Below are positions 7,183 to 16,982 of a stretch of 25,476 nt of DNA, piece after piece (within the stretch, counting starts at the first letter, position 1; each line of letters starts with the position of its first letter). The position numbers and the translations under genes were made by a program. This stretch comes from a virus. Taxonomy: Duplodnaviria > Caudoviricetes. Under the pieces are notes generated by a model. The model saw only the letters and a list, made by a program, of their open reading frames with translations. It did no database searches and was not told the origin of the DNA. The stretch covers positions 1 through 25,476 of the IMG/VR virus record IMGVR_UViG_3300047561_000181; one strand, written 5' to 3'.

Positions 7183-7565
7183 AGCAGGACGTGAATTGCC
7201 TTGCATGTAATTAGTTATACGGAAACCCTCGCACAATTGCGCCCTATTCAGCCGATTTATTTTCGTTCTGGTTCGCGGTACGATCCGACCTCGGCGCTCG
7301 GCGCGGTGCGCTCGGCTGGGCTGGCTAGGGGGCTGGTCGAGCCGGATGGCTAGGATGGCAGACCCACCGGAGGGGTATCACCCCCTTATGGCTTAGGGTC
7401 CCCGGGCCGCTGTAGACTTACTATTTCAGACAAACGATGCCCTATTTCCTGAAATCTACCCACCCCCCTTCCTAGAAAAAGCCCCCCTACCAAAAATATA
7501 CCCCTTGCAAAAATTTTTTTATTATGTTATACCTGCAATACCGGCTGCTATAGCTTGCGACTCTT

Positions 7566-8138
7566 ATGCTTATTACTCCTGACATCGGCGTAGAGATTAC
7601 GCCCGAAATTAGCTTTTCTAACCTGCATGACCTTGCAGAATTTGGTGCTAACACGGCTGAATTACTCCACCGCAACGGGTTAGAGTTAGATAAAAGCCAC
7701 GAGAATGAGGAAGTAGCTGCTCAATTAGCTACTGCTTACGCCGCAGATCCTATTGGTACTACTAAACAGATCACCCCCATACGTGCGGCGTCCCTGCCAC
7801 CCGCCGTTCTAATACAAACACGGGATATCCTCGATACTTTTGGACGTGCAGTTGTCAAGCAAGCGGTTGAATTACGTCATCTTGTTACCAACAAGCTCAT
7901 TATTGAGTCGGAAAACCCCGATCCAAAGGTGCGTATCCGCGCTTTGGAGTTACTTGGCAAGATTTCGGACGTGGGCTTGTTCACTGAACGTACTGAAATA
8001 ACTGTTACCCACCAATCTACGGACGACCTACGCACCAAGCTGCGAGAGAAGTTCAATCGGCTTAAAGAAGTCGAGGACGCCAAGGTGATTTCGCCCTTGG
8101 AACTAGAGTTGGATGAGGAATTGGGTCTAAATGGGTGA
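7566..8138 (+). CDS. Probable terminase small subunit
   Basis: Overlaps the terL start; helical DPKVRIRALELLGK...TEITVTH C-terminus; mostly a positional call. Confidence 0.6.
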   Translation: MLITPDIGVEITPEISFSNLHDLAEFGANTAELLHRNGLELDKSHENEEVAAQLATAYAADPIGTTKQITPIRAASLPPAVLIQTRDILDTFGRAVVKQAVELRHLVTNKLIIESENPDPKVRIRALELLGKISDVGLFTERTEITVTHQSTDDLRTKLREKFNRLKEVEDAKVISPLELELDEELGLNG

Positions 8139-9690
8139 CCTAATGGTTGATTTAGGCTTCTCAGACGAGGAAGTTGACGAGCTTCTGGCGCGTTTGGACG
8201 AGTTTTCCGAGGAAGAACAGACCGAAATCCTGCAAATTGCAGACACTCTGAGTACCCGCAAGCACGTGCAGTCGTGCTATGACGACTTAATTGAGTTCTG
8301 TAAGCATATGCAGCCCGACTACAAGGTCGGAAAACACCACAGAATCCTCGCCAACCTGCTGATGCAGCTAGCAGACGGGTCAAAAGACCGTGTTTGCGTC
8401 AATATTCCGCCCCGCCACGGCAAAAGTCAGCTAGTTTCCATCTACTTCCCGGCTTGGTTCATTGGCAGACAGCCTAATAAGAAGGTGCTGATGGTGTCCC
8501 ACACCACGGATCTTGCCGTGGACTTCGGTCGGAAGGTGCGAAACATCATTGATACGGAAGCCTACCGGCAAATTTTTCCTACAGTTAACCTCGCTGCGGA
8601 TAGCAAGTCAGCAGGTAGATGGAATACTAACGTGGGGGGCGAGTACTTTGCTTGCGGGGTAGGTTCGGCTCTTGCAGGTCGTGGAGCAGACTTACTACTA
8701 GTTGACGATCCACATAACGAGCAGGACATCATCAACGGCAACCTCGATATCTTCGATAGGGCGTACGAGTGGTTCACTTTTGGTGCTAGAACCCGTCTGA
8801 TGCCGGGGGGCCGTGTAGCTATTATACAAACTAGATGGCATTTAGACGATTTAACGGGTCGTGTCGTACGGGACATGACGCAAAACAGCGGGGCTGACCA
8901 GTACGAAGTGGTCGAATTCCCGGCAATTCTGGAAGTTAAGAACAAAAAAACGGGGACAATCAGCGAAAAAGCCCTCTGGCCCGAGTTTTTTGACATGCCC
9001 GCGCTGCTGCGAACAAAGGCTTCCATGCCCGTTTTCCAGTGGAACGCGCAGTTTCAGCAGAACCCCACTGCCGAGGAAGCGGCTCTAGTCAAGCGGGAGT
9101 GGTGGAACACGTGGGAGAAAGAAGACCCGCCAAGCTGCTCTTACCTGATTATGTCGCTAGATAGCGCGGCAGAAACTAATAACCGTGCTGACTTTACGGC
9201 GCTAACTACATGGGGCGTGTTCCTCAATAAAGAGACGGACGCCCATAACATCATCTTGCTTAACTCCATTAAGAAGCGAGTTGAATTCCCCGAGCTAAAA
9301 GAATTGTGCTACCGGGAGTGGAAAGAATGGGAGCCGGATGCGTTTATCGTCGAGAAAAAATCTAGTGGTACGCAGTTGTATCAGGAGATAAGACGTACGG
9401 GTTTACCCATACAAGAGTTCACACCCCACCGTGGAACCGGCGACAAGATGGCACGTCTAAACTCTGTAGCTGATATCATACGGTCAGGTTTAGTGTGGGT
9501 TCCTCAGACTCGTTGGGCTGAAGAAGTAGTTGAAGAGGTTGCAGGTTTTCCGTTTGTCAGTAATGACGATTTGGTTGACTCCACAGTAATGGCGTTGATG
9601 CGGTTTAGGCAAGGCGGGTTTATACGTCTGCCATCCGACGAGCAAGAAGAAGTTCGTTACTTTAAGTCCCGCCGTGGCGGCTATTATTAA
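8131..9690 (+). CDS. terL: Terminase large subunit
   Basis: Walker A PPRHGKS, Walker B LLLVDDP, QTRWH motif, QQNP linker, nuclease motifs SLDSA and NDDLVDS. Confidence 0.95.
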   Translation: MGDLMVDLGFSDEEVDELLARLDEFSEEEQTEILQIADTLSTRKHVQSCYDDLIEFCKHMQPDYKVGKHHRILANLLMQLADGSKDRVCVNIPPRHGKSQLVSIYFPAWFIGRQPNKKVLMVSHTTDLAVDFGRKVRNIIDTEAYRQIFPTVNLAADSKSAGRWNTNVGGEYFACGVGSALAGRGADLLLVDDPHNEQDIINGNLDIFDRAYEWFTFGARTRLMPGGRVAIIQTRWHLDDLTGRVVRDMTQNSGADQYEVVEFPAILEVKNKKTGTISEKALWPEFFDMPALLRTKASMPVFQWNAQFQQNPTAEEAALVKREWWNTWEKEDPPSCSYLIMSLDSAAETNNRADFTALTTWGVFLNKETDAHNIILLNSIKKRVEFPELKELCYREWKEWEPDAFIVEKKSSGTQLYQEIRRTGLPIQEFTPHRGTGDKMARLNSVADIIRSGLVWVPQTRWAEEVVEEVAGFPFVSNDDLVDSTVMALMRFRQGGFIRLPSDEQEEVRYFKSRRGGYY

Positions 9691-9699
9691 AGGTAGGCT

Positions 9700-12213
9700 A
9701 TGCCAGTAGATTCAATTGACAAAGGGTTATACGCAGCACCTCAAGGTATTGAGGCAGAGTTGGGAATGGGCATGGGCATGGGAGATATATCTGATGACGA
9801 TCTGGACAGCATGTTGGAGATCGAGATTACCAATCCTGACATGGTTACTCTTGATGATGGTAGCGTTGAAATTACTTTAACGCCCGGAGATGATACTGAG
9901 GAAGGTGGGTTTGACGAAAATCTGGCGGAAACCCTAGATGAAGGAGTGCAGCAAACCCTAGCAAGCGAACTTATTGAGCTAATTGATGCGGACATAAACA
10001 ACCGCAAAGACTGGGCAGATACGTTCGTTAAGGGGCTGGATGTGCTGGGGTTCCGGTACGAGGAGCGCACCGAGCCTTGGGAAGATGCGTGTGGCGCGTT
10101 CTCTTCTGTGCTTGCAGAAGCTGCGATTAGGTTCCAAGCCGAGGCAATGTCGGAGACTTTCCCGTCAAACGGGCCGGTCAAGACTAAGGTAATGGGGCAG
10201 ATTACACGTGAAAAGGAAGAAGCATCCGAGCGCGTCAAAGAGGATATGAACTATCAGTTGACCGAGCGCATGGTCGAGTACCGCCCGGAGCATGAGCGGA
10301 TGCTGTATGCCTTGGGCCTAGCCGGTTCGGCATTCAAGAAAATCTACGTTGATCCCGCGTTGGGTCGGCAGGTGGCTATCTTTATCCCAGCAGAAGATAT
10401 GTTAGTGCCATATGGCGCGTCTAATCTTGAGTCAGCGGAGCGGATCACGCACGTGATGCGTAAGACCGAGAACGAGATCAAGCGTCTGCAAGCTAACGGG
10501 TTCTACCGTGAGGTGGACTTGGGCGAGCCACAGTCATTCCCAACCGACATCGAGAAGAAGAAAGCCGAGGAAGGTGGGTATTCCCTGACCGATGATGACC
10601 GCTACACAATCTACGAGGTCCACGCCGACTTGGTGATCGAGGGTGTGGATGAGGACAACATCGAGGATGGTAGCGATATCGGGGACGACGAGGAAGAGCC
10701 TAAAGAGATCGAGCAGCTTGCCAAGCCTTACGTGGTAACAATAGAGCGTGCTACAGAGAAGGTGTTATCTATTAGGCGCAACTGGGAGCCGGAAGACCCC
10801 CTGCATCAGAAACGTCAGCACTTTGTCCACTACGTGTACGTGCCGGGGTTTGGATTTTATGGACTGGGGCTGATCCACATTATCGGTGGGTATTCCCGAG
10901 CGGGAACGTCAATACTGCGCCAGCTTGTGGATGCAGGTACGCTAAGTAACCTGCCGGGGGGCTTGAAGGCCCGTGGTATGCGGGTCAAGGGCGACGACAC
11001 TCCGATTGGTCCGGGCGAGTTCCGTGACGTGGATATCCCGAGCGGGGCAATTAAAGACAACATCATGATGTTGCCTTACAAAGAGCCAAGCCAAGTGTTG
11101 CTCGCGTTGATGACGCAGATCAATGAGGATGGTCGCCGGTTGGGTGCAATCAGTGACATGAACATCTCGGACATGTCTGCCCAAGCCCCTGTGGGTACAA
11201 CTCTGGCATTGCTAGAACGTACGCTCAAGCCGATGGCGGCGGTGCAAGCGCGGGTGCATTACGCGATGAAGCAGGAGTTTAAGCTCCTGAAAGAACTCAT
11301 CCGCGACTATACGCCTGAGTCGTATAGCTACGACCCGCAGGACACGACTGATCGCAAGATCAAGCAGTCTGACTATGACATGGTAGAAGTAATACCGGTC
11401 AGCGACCCGAACAGCAGCACTATGGCGCAGCGGGTTGTGCAGTATCAGGCAGTCCTCCAGATGGCGCAGCAAGCCCCGCAAATTTACAACCTGCCACAAC
11501 TACACCGCCAGATGATTGAGGTGCTAGGAGTGAAGAACGCGGACAAACTGGTGCCCATCGAGGAGGACCAGAAACCGGCAGATCCCGTGTCCGAGAACAT
11601 GAACGTGCTGATTGGCAAGCCGGTCAAAGCGTTTATTTATCAGGACCACGACGCGCATATCGCTGCACATACTAGCTTTATGCAAGATCCGATGATTGCC
11701 CAGACGATGGGGCAGAACCCGCAAGCACAGCAGCTTATGGCTGCGTTGCAAGCACATATTGCAGAACACTTGGGCTTTTCGTACCGCAAACAGATTGAGG
11801 AGCGCCTCGGTGCCCCGTTGCCTGTGCCGGGAGAAGAACTGCCCGAAGAGATTGAGGTCCAGTTGGCTCGGCTTGTGGCCGAGGCAGGTAAACAGCTTGC
11901 TCAAGAACACCAGCAGCAAGCAGCGCAGCAGCAAGCGCAGCAGCAAGCACAAGACCCGATGTTTCAGCTTCAGCAGGGCGAACTCAAGGTCAAGCAAGCT
12001 GAAGTGGCAAGAAAACAAGCCAAGGATCAGGCTGATATTCAGTTTGACGAGCAAAAACTTGCGCTTGATCGGGAGCGTTTACAGATGGAAGCCCAGCGTA
12101 ACGCCCACCAAACGTCTTCTCAGGACCAACAAGCCCAACAGAAGATGCGACTGGATGTTATGAAACATGTAACACAGCAGCCTCCGCGACCCGGAGGCCC
12201 ACCACGAGGGTGA
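9700..12213 (+). CDS. Portal protein (P22-like, long Gln-rich coiled-coil C-terminus)
   Basis: 837 aa directly after terL; FYGLGL...LRQLVDAG, PVGTTLAL motifs; helical barrel-like C-terminus. Confidence 0.88.
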   Translation: MPVDSIDKGLYAAPQGIEAELGMGMGMGDISDDDLDSMLEIEITNPDMVTLDDGSVEITLTPGDDTEEGGFDENLAETLDEGVQQTLASELIELIDADINNRKDWADTFVKGLDVLGFRYEERTEPWEDACGAFSSVLAEAAIRFQAEAMSETFPSNGPVKTKVMGQITREKEEASERVKEDMNYQLTERMVEYRPEHERMLYALGLAGSAFKKIYVDPALGRQVAIFIPAEDMLVPYGASNLESAERITHVMRKTENEIKRLQANGFYREVDLGEPQSFPTDIEKKKAEEGGYSLTDDDRYTIYEVHADLVIEGVDEDNIEDGSDIGDDEEEPKEIEQLAKPYVVTIERATEKVLSIRRNWEPEDPLHQKRQHFVHYVYVPGFGFYGLGLIHIIGGYSRAGTSILRQLVDAGTLSNLPGGLKARGMRVKGDDTPIGPGEFRDVDIPSGAIKDNIMMLPYKEPSQVLLALMTQINEDGRRLGAISDMNISDMSAQAPVGTTLALLERTLKPMAAVQARVHYAMKQEFKLLKELIRDYTPESYSYDPQDTTDRKIKQSDYDMVEVIPVSDPNSSTMAQRVVQYQAVLQMAQQAPQIYNLPQLHRQMIEVLGVKNADKLVPIEEDQKPADPVSENMNVLIGKPVKAFIYQDHDAHIAAHTSFMQDPMIAQTMGQNPQAQQLMAALQAHIAEHLGFSYRKQIEERLGAPLPVPGEELPEEIEVQLARLVAEAGKQLAQEHQQQAAQQQAQQQAQDPMFQLQQGELKVKQAEVARKQAKDQADIQFDEQKLALDRERLQMEAQRNAHQTSSQDQQAQQKMRLDVMKHVTQQPPRPGGPPRG

Positions 12214-12219
12214 TAAATC

Positions 12220-12417
12220 ATGGCTAAAACCGTCTTTGACGTGCTGAATGAAAAATTAGACGCGCATAAAAACGCGGCTATAGACTCACTTGTATCCGGC
12301 GGAGCTAAAGACTTTGCCGAATATAAAGCGACGTGCGGGATTATTCGGGGTCTGTCCCTTGCACGTATGGAAATCCAAGACCTTTCGCGTACTTTAATGG
12401 ATGATAAAGATGACTGA
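12220..12417 (+). CDS. Small conserved head-module protein, 65 aa
   Basis: Tightly packed after portal; EYKATCGIIRGL motif. Confidence 0.75.
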   Translation: MAKTVFDVLNEKLDAHKNAAIDSLVSGGAKDFAEYKATCGIIRGLSLARMEIQDLSRTLMDDKDD

Positions 12418-12778
12418 AGCCCAAACTGTGACTGATGCTGAAATGGAAGCACAACTTCCTGTACCCGTTGGTTACAAGCTGTTAATTGCATTGCCTACTA
12501 TCGAAGACACGTATGAATCGGGTCTAGTTAAAGCCGAGAATACGAAGCATGTTGAACAAGTCTTATCAATGATTGGACTCGTATTGGACATGGGGACACA
12601 AGCCTATTCTGACCCTGATCGGTATCCAGATGGTCCTTGGTGTGAAGTTGGAGACTACGTATTGTTTCGCACTAACACCGGTACTCGGTTCCGCTTCAAT
12701 GGCACGGAATATCGTCTTATGAACGACGACTCAATTGAGGCTGTTGTTGCTGATCCACAAGGCATTACAAGGGCATAA
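12410..12778 (+). CDS. groES: Phage co-chaperonin GroES-like
   Basis: PVGYKLLI, ESGLV mobile loop, VGDYVLF, GTEYRLMNDDSIEAVV. Confidence 0.88.
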   Translation: MTEAQTVTDAEMEAQLPVPVGYKLLIALPTIEDTYESGLVKAENTKHVEQVLSMIGLVLDMGTQAYSDPDRYPDGPWCEVGDYVLFRTNTGTRFRFNGTEYRLMNDDSIEAVVADPQGITRA

Positions 12779-12781
12779 ACG

Positions 12782-13681
12782 ATGGATAAGAACGAATTTA
12801 AGTTCCCCGATGAGGTAGAGTCGGAAGGAGTAACAGTCACCGCATCTGACGATGTTGATGTGGAGATTGAAGTTGTTGACGATACTCCCGAAAAAGACCG
12901 CAATCGGAAGGCATCAGATCCGCCCGATGAAGTAACTGATGACGAATTGCAAGACTATTCTGAAAAAGTTCGCAAGCGTATTCAGCATTTCAATAAGGGT
13001 TATCACGACGAAAGACGCGCTAAAGAGTCCGCTTTACGTGAAAAAGAAGAGCTTGAACGCCTTGCTCGTAAGCTAGTTGAGGAAAACAACTCGCTAAAAG
13101 GTACGGTTAACCAGAATCAAGAAATCCTGCTTGAACAGGCTAAACGAGCTGCCGCGCAGGAACTTGACGAGGCCAAACGCAAGTACAAGCAAGCGTATGA
13201 GTCGGGTGATTCTGATGCAATGGTTGATGCTCAAGAAGAATTGGTCGCGGCCAAATCTAAAACCGAGCGCGTTAGCAACTTTCGATTACCCCCTTTACAA
13301 GAGTCCGAAACTCCTGTACAAATACAACCTAACGCCCCAGTACCGACTGATCCAAAGGCCCACGAATGGCAACAAGCTAATACGTGGTTCGGGTCAGACG
13401 ACGAGATGACTAGCTTTGCATTGGGGTTGCACCAGAAGCTAGTAAAACAGGGGATTGATCCCCGTAGCGACGACTACTACGAGAGAATTAACTCTCGTAT
13501 GCGCGAAGTCTTCCCAGATCAGTTTAAGCAGCGCCGTCGAAGTAATGTAGTGGCTCCTGCTACCCGCAGCACCGCGCCTCGAAAAATCGTGCTGACTAGT
13601 AGTCAAGTTGCTATCGCTAAACGGCTAGGCGTGCCTCTTGAGGCATACGCTAAACAAGTTGCTCTGGATATGAGGAAATAA
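12782..13681 (+). CDS. Probable capsid scaffolding protein
   Basis: Acidic N-terminus, long coiled coil, NTWFG motif, C-terminal LTSSQVAIAKRLGV helix; position before capsid genes. Confidence 0.7.
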   Translation: MDKNEFKFPDEVESEGVTVTASDDVDVEIEVVDDTPEKDRNRKASDPPDEVTDDELQDYSEKVRKRIQHFNKGYHDERRAKESALREKEELERLARKLVEENNSLKGTVNQNQEILLEQAKRAAAQELDEAKRKYKQAYESGDSDAMVDAQEELVAAKSKTERVSNFRLPPLQESETPVQIQPNAPVPTDPKAHEWQQANTWFGSDDEMTSFALGLHQKLVKQGIDPRSDDYYERINSRMREVFPDQFKQRRRSNVVAPATRSTAPRKIVLTSSQVAIAKRLGVPLEAYAKQVALDMRK

Positions 13682-13683
13682 TC

Positions 13684-14133
13684 ATGGCTGAAAATCGACT
13701 GAATCGTGATCTTGAAACCCGGGAAACTGCGAAACGTAAAGTAACGTGGAAACCGCCGGAAACTCTACCTAACCCGATTGCTCAGGATGGGTACGACTTT
13801 CGTTGGGTTCGCATTAGCACGCTAGGCACGCCGGATGCTATGAATACCTCGTCCAAACTGCGGGAAGGTTATGAGCCTGTTCGGGCAGTTGATCACCCCG
13901 AGATCTTTTCGTCGCCCGCTGCTGATGAGCGATTTAAAGATAACGTGGTAATTGGCGGCTTGATGCTCTGCAAGATTCCCCACGAGTTCACCGAAGCACG
14001 GAATGAGTACTACCAAGGCCAAACCGATGCTCAGATGAAATCAGTGGACAATAGCTTCATGCGGGAAGGTGATCCGAGAATGCCGCTGTTTGCGGATAAA
14101 AAATCTCAGGTAACCTTCGGTAAAGGTACTTAA
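13684..14133 (+). CDS. Conserved hypothetical head-module protein
   Basis: Tight operon packing; GYDFRWVR, GYEPV, GGLMLCKIP motifs. Confidence 0.75.
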   Translation: MAENRLNRDLETRETAKRKVTWKPPETLPNPIAQDGYDFRWVRISTLGTPDAMNTSSKLREGYEPVRAVDHPEIFSSPAADERFKDNVVIGGLMLCKIPHEFTEARNEYYQGQTDAQMKSVDNSFMREGDPRMPLFADKKSQVTFGKGT

Positions 14134-14148
14134 TTTAAGGAGTCTTAA

Positions 14149-15084
14149 ATGGCTTATCCGATTGTCAATGGCCCATATGGGCTAGTGCCGGTCAACCTGA
14201 TGGGCGGTATTCCGTTCGCTGGGTCTACCCGGATGATTCCGATTGCACAAAACTACGCGACTAACCTTTTCAACGGCGACGTTGTTGGTCTGTCTGGTGG
14301 TAATGCAGTCATCACCCCTTACAACGCCAATAGCTCGTCTGCTGCCGCAGCGGGTAACATTGTTGGCGTATTCTTGGGCACCCAGTACCCCGGTACCAGC
14401 CCTATTCTTGGTAACCTGCAAGCGCAGTATTACGCGGCTAGCAACAATCAGCCCGGAATGATTGCGTACGTGATGGACAACCCCACCGCGCTGTTCAAGG
14501 CATGTGTTGTGACCCAAGCTCAAGGCTCGGCTAACACGCAAGCTAACACTGGCACGACGGTTGGCTATATGTCGCCTCGGTTCGTTGGAACGAACGCCTT
14601 CCTCGTCGCCGGTAACACCGGTAGCACGACGAATGGCAACTCGGCAATGGGTGTGTCCGGTGGTAACCCCACCGTGTCTAGCTCGGTCGCCGGAAACATC
14701 GTTCAGACGGTCGGTACCGGCTCGGGCACCGCGCCTTGTTTGCGCGTTGTTCAGTTGGTGCAGGAAACGGCAGTTGTGGTTTCAACCACTCTGACTAGCA
14801 GCCCATCGAACGCGACCACGTTCACCGTTGCTTCCACTACCGGTATCCAGCCCGGAATGGCAGTTACGATTGGTGGCACCGTGTATTCGGGCGCAAGCAC
14901 CGCACCGTTCCCAACGCTCTCTAACTTAGTTGTTACCGGCGTTGTGACCAGCACTTCTACGATTACTGTTAGTTCGGCAGTGACTGCTACCTCTGGTGCA
15001 GCCGTGTCGTTCGTCGGTTTCCCAGAAGTGATCGTTGGCTGGAACTTCGGTTACCACAGCTATCTGCTCGCCGCTGGCGTCTAA
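14149..15084 (+). CDS. Probable capsid decoration/minor head protein
   Basis: AAGGAG SD; Gly/Ala/Thr/Val-rich beta protein directly before the major capsid gene. Confidence 0.65.
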   Translation: MAYPIVNGPYGLVPVNLMGGIPFAGSTRMIPIAQNYATNLFNGDVVGLSGGNAVITPYNANSSSAAAAGNIVGVFLGTQYPGTSPILGNLQAQYYAASNNQPGMIAYVMDNPTALFKACVVTQAQGSANTQANTGTTVGYMSPRFVGTNAFLVAGNTGSTTNGNSAMGVSGGNPTVSSSVAGNIVQTVGTGSGTAPCLRVVQLVQETAVVVSTTLTSSPSNATTFTVASTTGIQPGMAVTIGGTVYSGASTAPFPTLSNLVVTGVVTSTSTITVSSAVTATSGAAVSFVGFPEVIVGWNFGYHSYLLAAGV

Positions 15085-15094
15085 GGAGTAAATC

Positions 15095-16006
15095 ATGGCA
15101 ATTTCACGCGCCCAACTACTGAAGGAACTCCTCCCGGGGCTTAATGCTCTGTTCGGTCTGGAGTACAAGCGGTATCCCGAAGAGCACAAAGAGATTTTCG
15201 ATACGGAAACCTCCGAGCGTTCTTTCGAGGAAGAAACCAAGCTGTCTGGCTTTGGTGCCGCGCCTGTTAAGAACGAAGGTCAAGCTCTCTCGTACGACAA
15301 CGCACAGGAAGCATGGACCGCTCGTTACAACCACGAAACCATTGCAATGGGTTTCTCGGTGACGGAAGAGGCAATGGAAGATAACCTGTACGACAGCCTG
15401 TCGTCGCGTTATACCAAAGCTCTGGCCCGCGCTATGGCGTACACCAAGCAGGTTAAAGCCGCTAACATTTTGAACAACGGGTTTAACTCAGCGTTTAAGT
15501 ATGGCGACGGTCAGCCTCTGTTCAGCACGGCTCACCCGCTGGTTTCTGGTGGTACGAACAGCAACACGCCTTCCACGGCTGCTGACCTGAATGAGACTTC
15601 TTTGGAGTCTGCGGTTATTCAGATCGCTGCATGGACGGATGAACGTGGTCTGCTGATCGCCGCCAAGCCGGTCAAGTTGGTCATTCCTCCTGCTCTGATG
15701 TTCGTTGCAACCCGCCTCCTTGAGACGGAACTGCGTGTCGGTACTACCGATAACGATGTGAACGCGCTGAAGAACAATGGTTCGATCCCCGGTGGTTATA
15801 CTGTTAACCACTTCTTGACCGACACCAACGGCTGGTTCCTGACCACTGACGTTCCTAACGGACTGAAGCACTTTGTGCGTGTCCCGCTGGCTACGTCGCA
15901 TGATGGTGACTTCGATACGGGTAACATTCGTTACAAGGCACGTGAGCGTTATTCGTTCGGCGTGTCTGATCCGCTCGGTATTTTCGGTTCACCCGGATCT
16001 AGCTGA
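15095..16006 (+). CDS. Major capsid protein (Mu gpT-like, HK97 fold)
   Basis: AAGGAG SD; LVIPPAL, VNHFLTDTNGWFL, YKARERYSFGVSDP motifs; followed by a terminator. Confidence 0.9.
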   Translation: MAISRAQLLKELLPGLNALFGLEYKRYPEEHKEIFDTETSERSFEEETKLSGFGAAPVKNEGQALSYDNAQEAWTARYNHETIAMGFSVTEEAMEDNLYDSLSSRYTKALARAMAYTKQVKAANILNNGFNSAFKYGDGQPLFSTAHPLVSGGTNSNTPSTAADLNETSLESAVIQIAAWTDERGLLIAAKPVKLVIPPALMFVATRLLETELRVGTTDNDVNALKNNGSIPGGYTVNHFLTDTNGWFLTTDVPNGLKHFVRVPLATSHDGDFDTGNIRYKARERYSFGVSDPLGIFGSPGSS

Positions 16007-16018
16007 TCGGTATGAGGG

Positions 16019-16049
16019 AAGGGGGCCAAAAGCCCCCTTTTCTTTTTTT
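16019..16049 (+). terminator. Intrinsic terminator after capsid gene
   Basis: AAGGGGGC-CAAAA-GCCCCCTT followed by a T-rich tract. Confidence 0.88.
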
Positions 16050-16074
16050 AAAGTATATGTTATAAAGTGGCATA

Positions 16075-16143
16075 CCTAGACCACCCGACTTGCTGACTGA
16101 CTAGGCAGACTTCCCTCAAGAGACAGCAAGTTTTGATTTGAGG
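16075..16143 (+). ncRNA. Structured RNA, candidate Mu-gpT-DE motif
   Basis: Stem ACTTGCTG(16088-95)/CAGCAAGT(16124-31); inner CTG/CAG hairpin; potential pseudoknots CCTAG/CTAGG and CCTCAA/TTGAGG; directly downstream of a gpT-like gene. Not confirmed by covariance search. Confidence 0.6.
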
Positions 16144-16151
16144 ACTTTATT

Positions 16152-16676
16152 ATGGGTTTCGCTACTCACCTTGGCCCTTGGTTGCTTGGCACTGTCCGCA
16201 ACACAACTGGCACGACTGTTGGCTCTATTGAAAACTGCGGCGCAACAATGGTTTCGCAGACGTTCAAAAAGAACTACACCGGACAAGCGGCTTCAGCCAC
16301 CACTGACACCATCTGTGTTCTTCCGGCTGGCGCTCAGATCCAGTTTATCCATATCGACACGCTGGTTGCCTTTACTGGCTCGACCGCTGCTAACGTCAGT
16401 ATTGGCGACGGCACGACGGCTGCTCTGTACTGGGCTTCAACCGATGTTACGTCTCAAGGCCGCGCTGCTGCTAGCAACGCAGCAACCAAGCTTGCTGCTT
16501 GGGTTGGTGCCGCTTCGACTGCATCGCCTAATGGTATTGGCGTTGGCCCAACGGACGTTAAAGTTATCGCCACGATGACCCCAACCGTTGCCGCAGTGAC
16601 CGCTGGTACGGTTCAGTACACGGTTATCTACACTGTTGCCGATTCCACTGGCTTGCAGTTCCCCGCGTCTGCGTAA
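16152..16676 (+). CDS. Virion structural protein (putative head decoration/cement)
   Basis: GAGGA SD; Ala/Thr-rich, LPAGAQI motif. Confidence 0.7.
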   Translation: MGFATHLGPWLLGTVRNTTGTTVGSIENCGATMVSQTFKKNYTGQAASATTDTICVLPAGAQIQFIHIDTLVAFTGSTAANVSIGDGTTAALYWASTDVTSQGRAAASNAATKLAAWVGAASTASPNGIGVGPTDVKVIATMTPTVAAVTAGTVQYTVIYTVADSTGLQFPASA

Positions 16677-16694
16677 ACTAAGTAGGGGGCTGCA

Positions 16695-16982
16695 ATGCAG
16701 CAAACTGATGTAAAAAGCACCCACCTGAATTCTTCGGGTTCGGTGTTTGCTGGACGGGCGCGTATTAAGGGGATTGCTATTTGTGCGACAGCCAGCACGG
16801 CTGGCACCCTTATTTTGCGCGATGGCGGTTCTGGTGGTGCTTCGGCAATTGAATTGGATATTCCGTCTAATACAAACCCCAACTCCTACTATGTTTCAGT
16901 TCCGGGTGAAGGGGTTCTTTGCGCCACTAACATCTACGCATCAATCACTGGCCTTGCTAGTGTGACGGTGTTCTATGGCTAA
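16695..16982 (+). CDS. Small virion structural protein, 95 aa
   Basis: Beta-rich; VPGEGVL...SVTVFYG C-terminus; operon packing. Confidence 0.75.
   Translation: MQQTDVKSTHLNSSGSVFAGRARIKGIAICATASTAGTLILRDGGSGGASAIELDIPSNTNPNSYYVSVPGEGVLCATNIYASITGLASVTVFYG

Noticed and set aside
7505-7533. Possible terS promoter TTGCAA-N17-TATACC
   Set aside because: The -10 lacks the conserved final T and the region is AT-rich; too weak to call.
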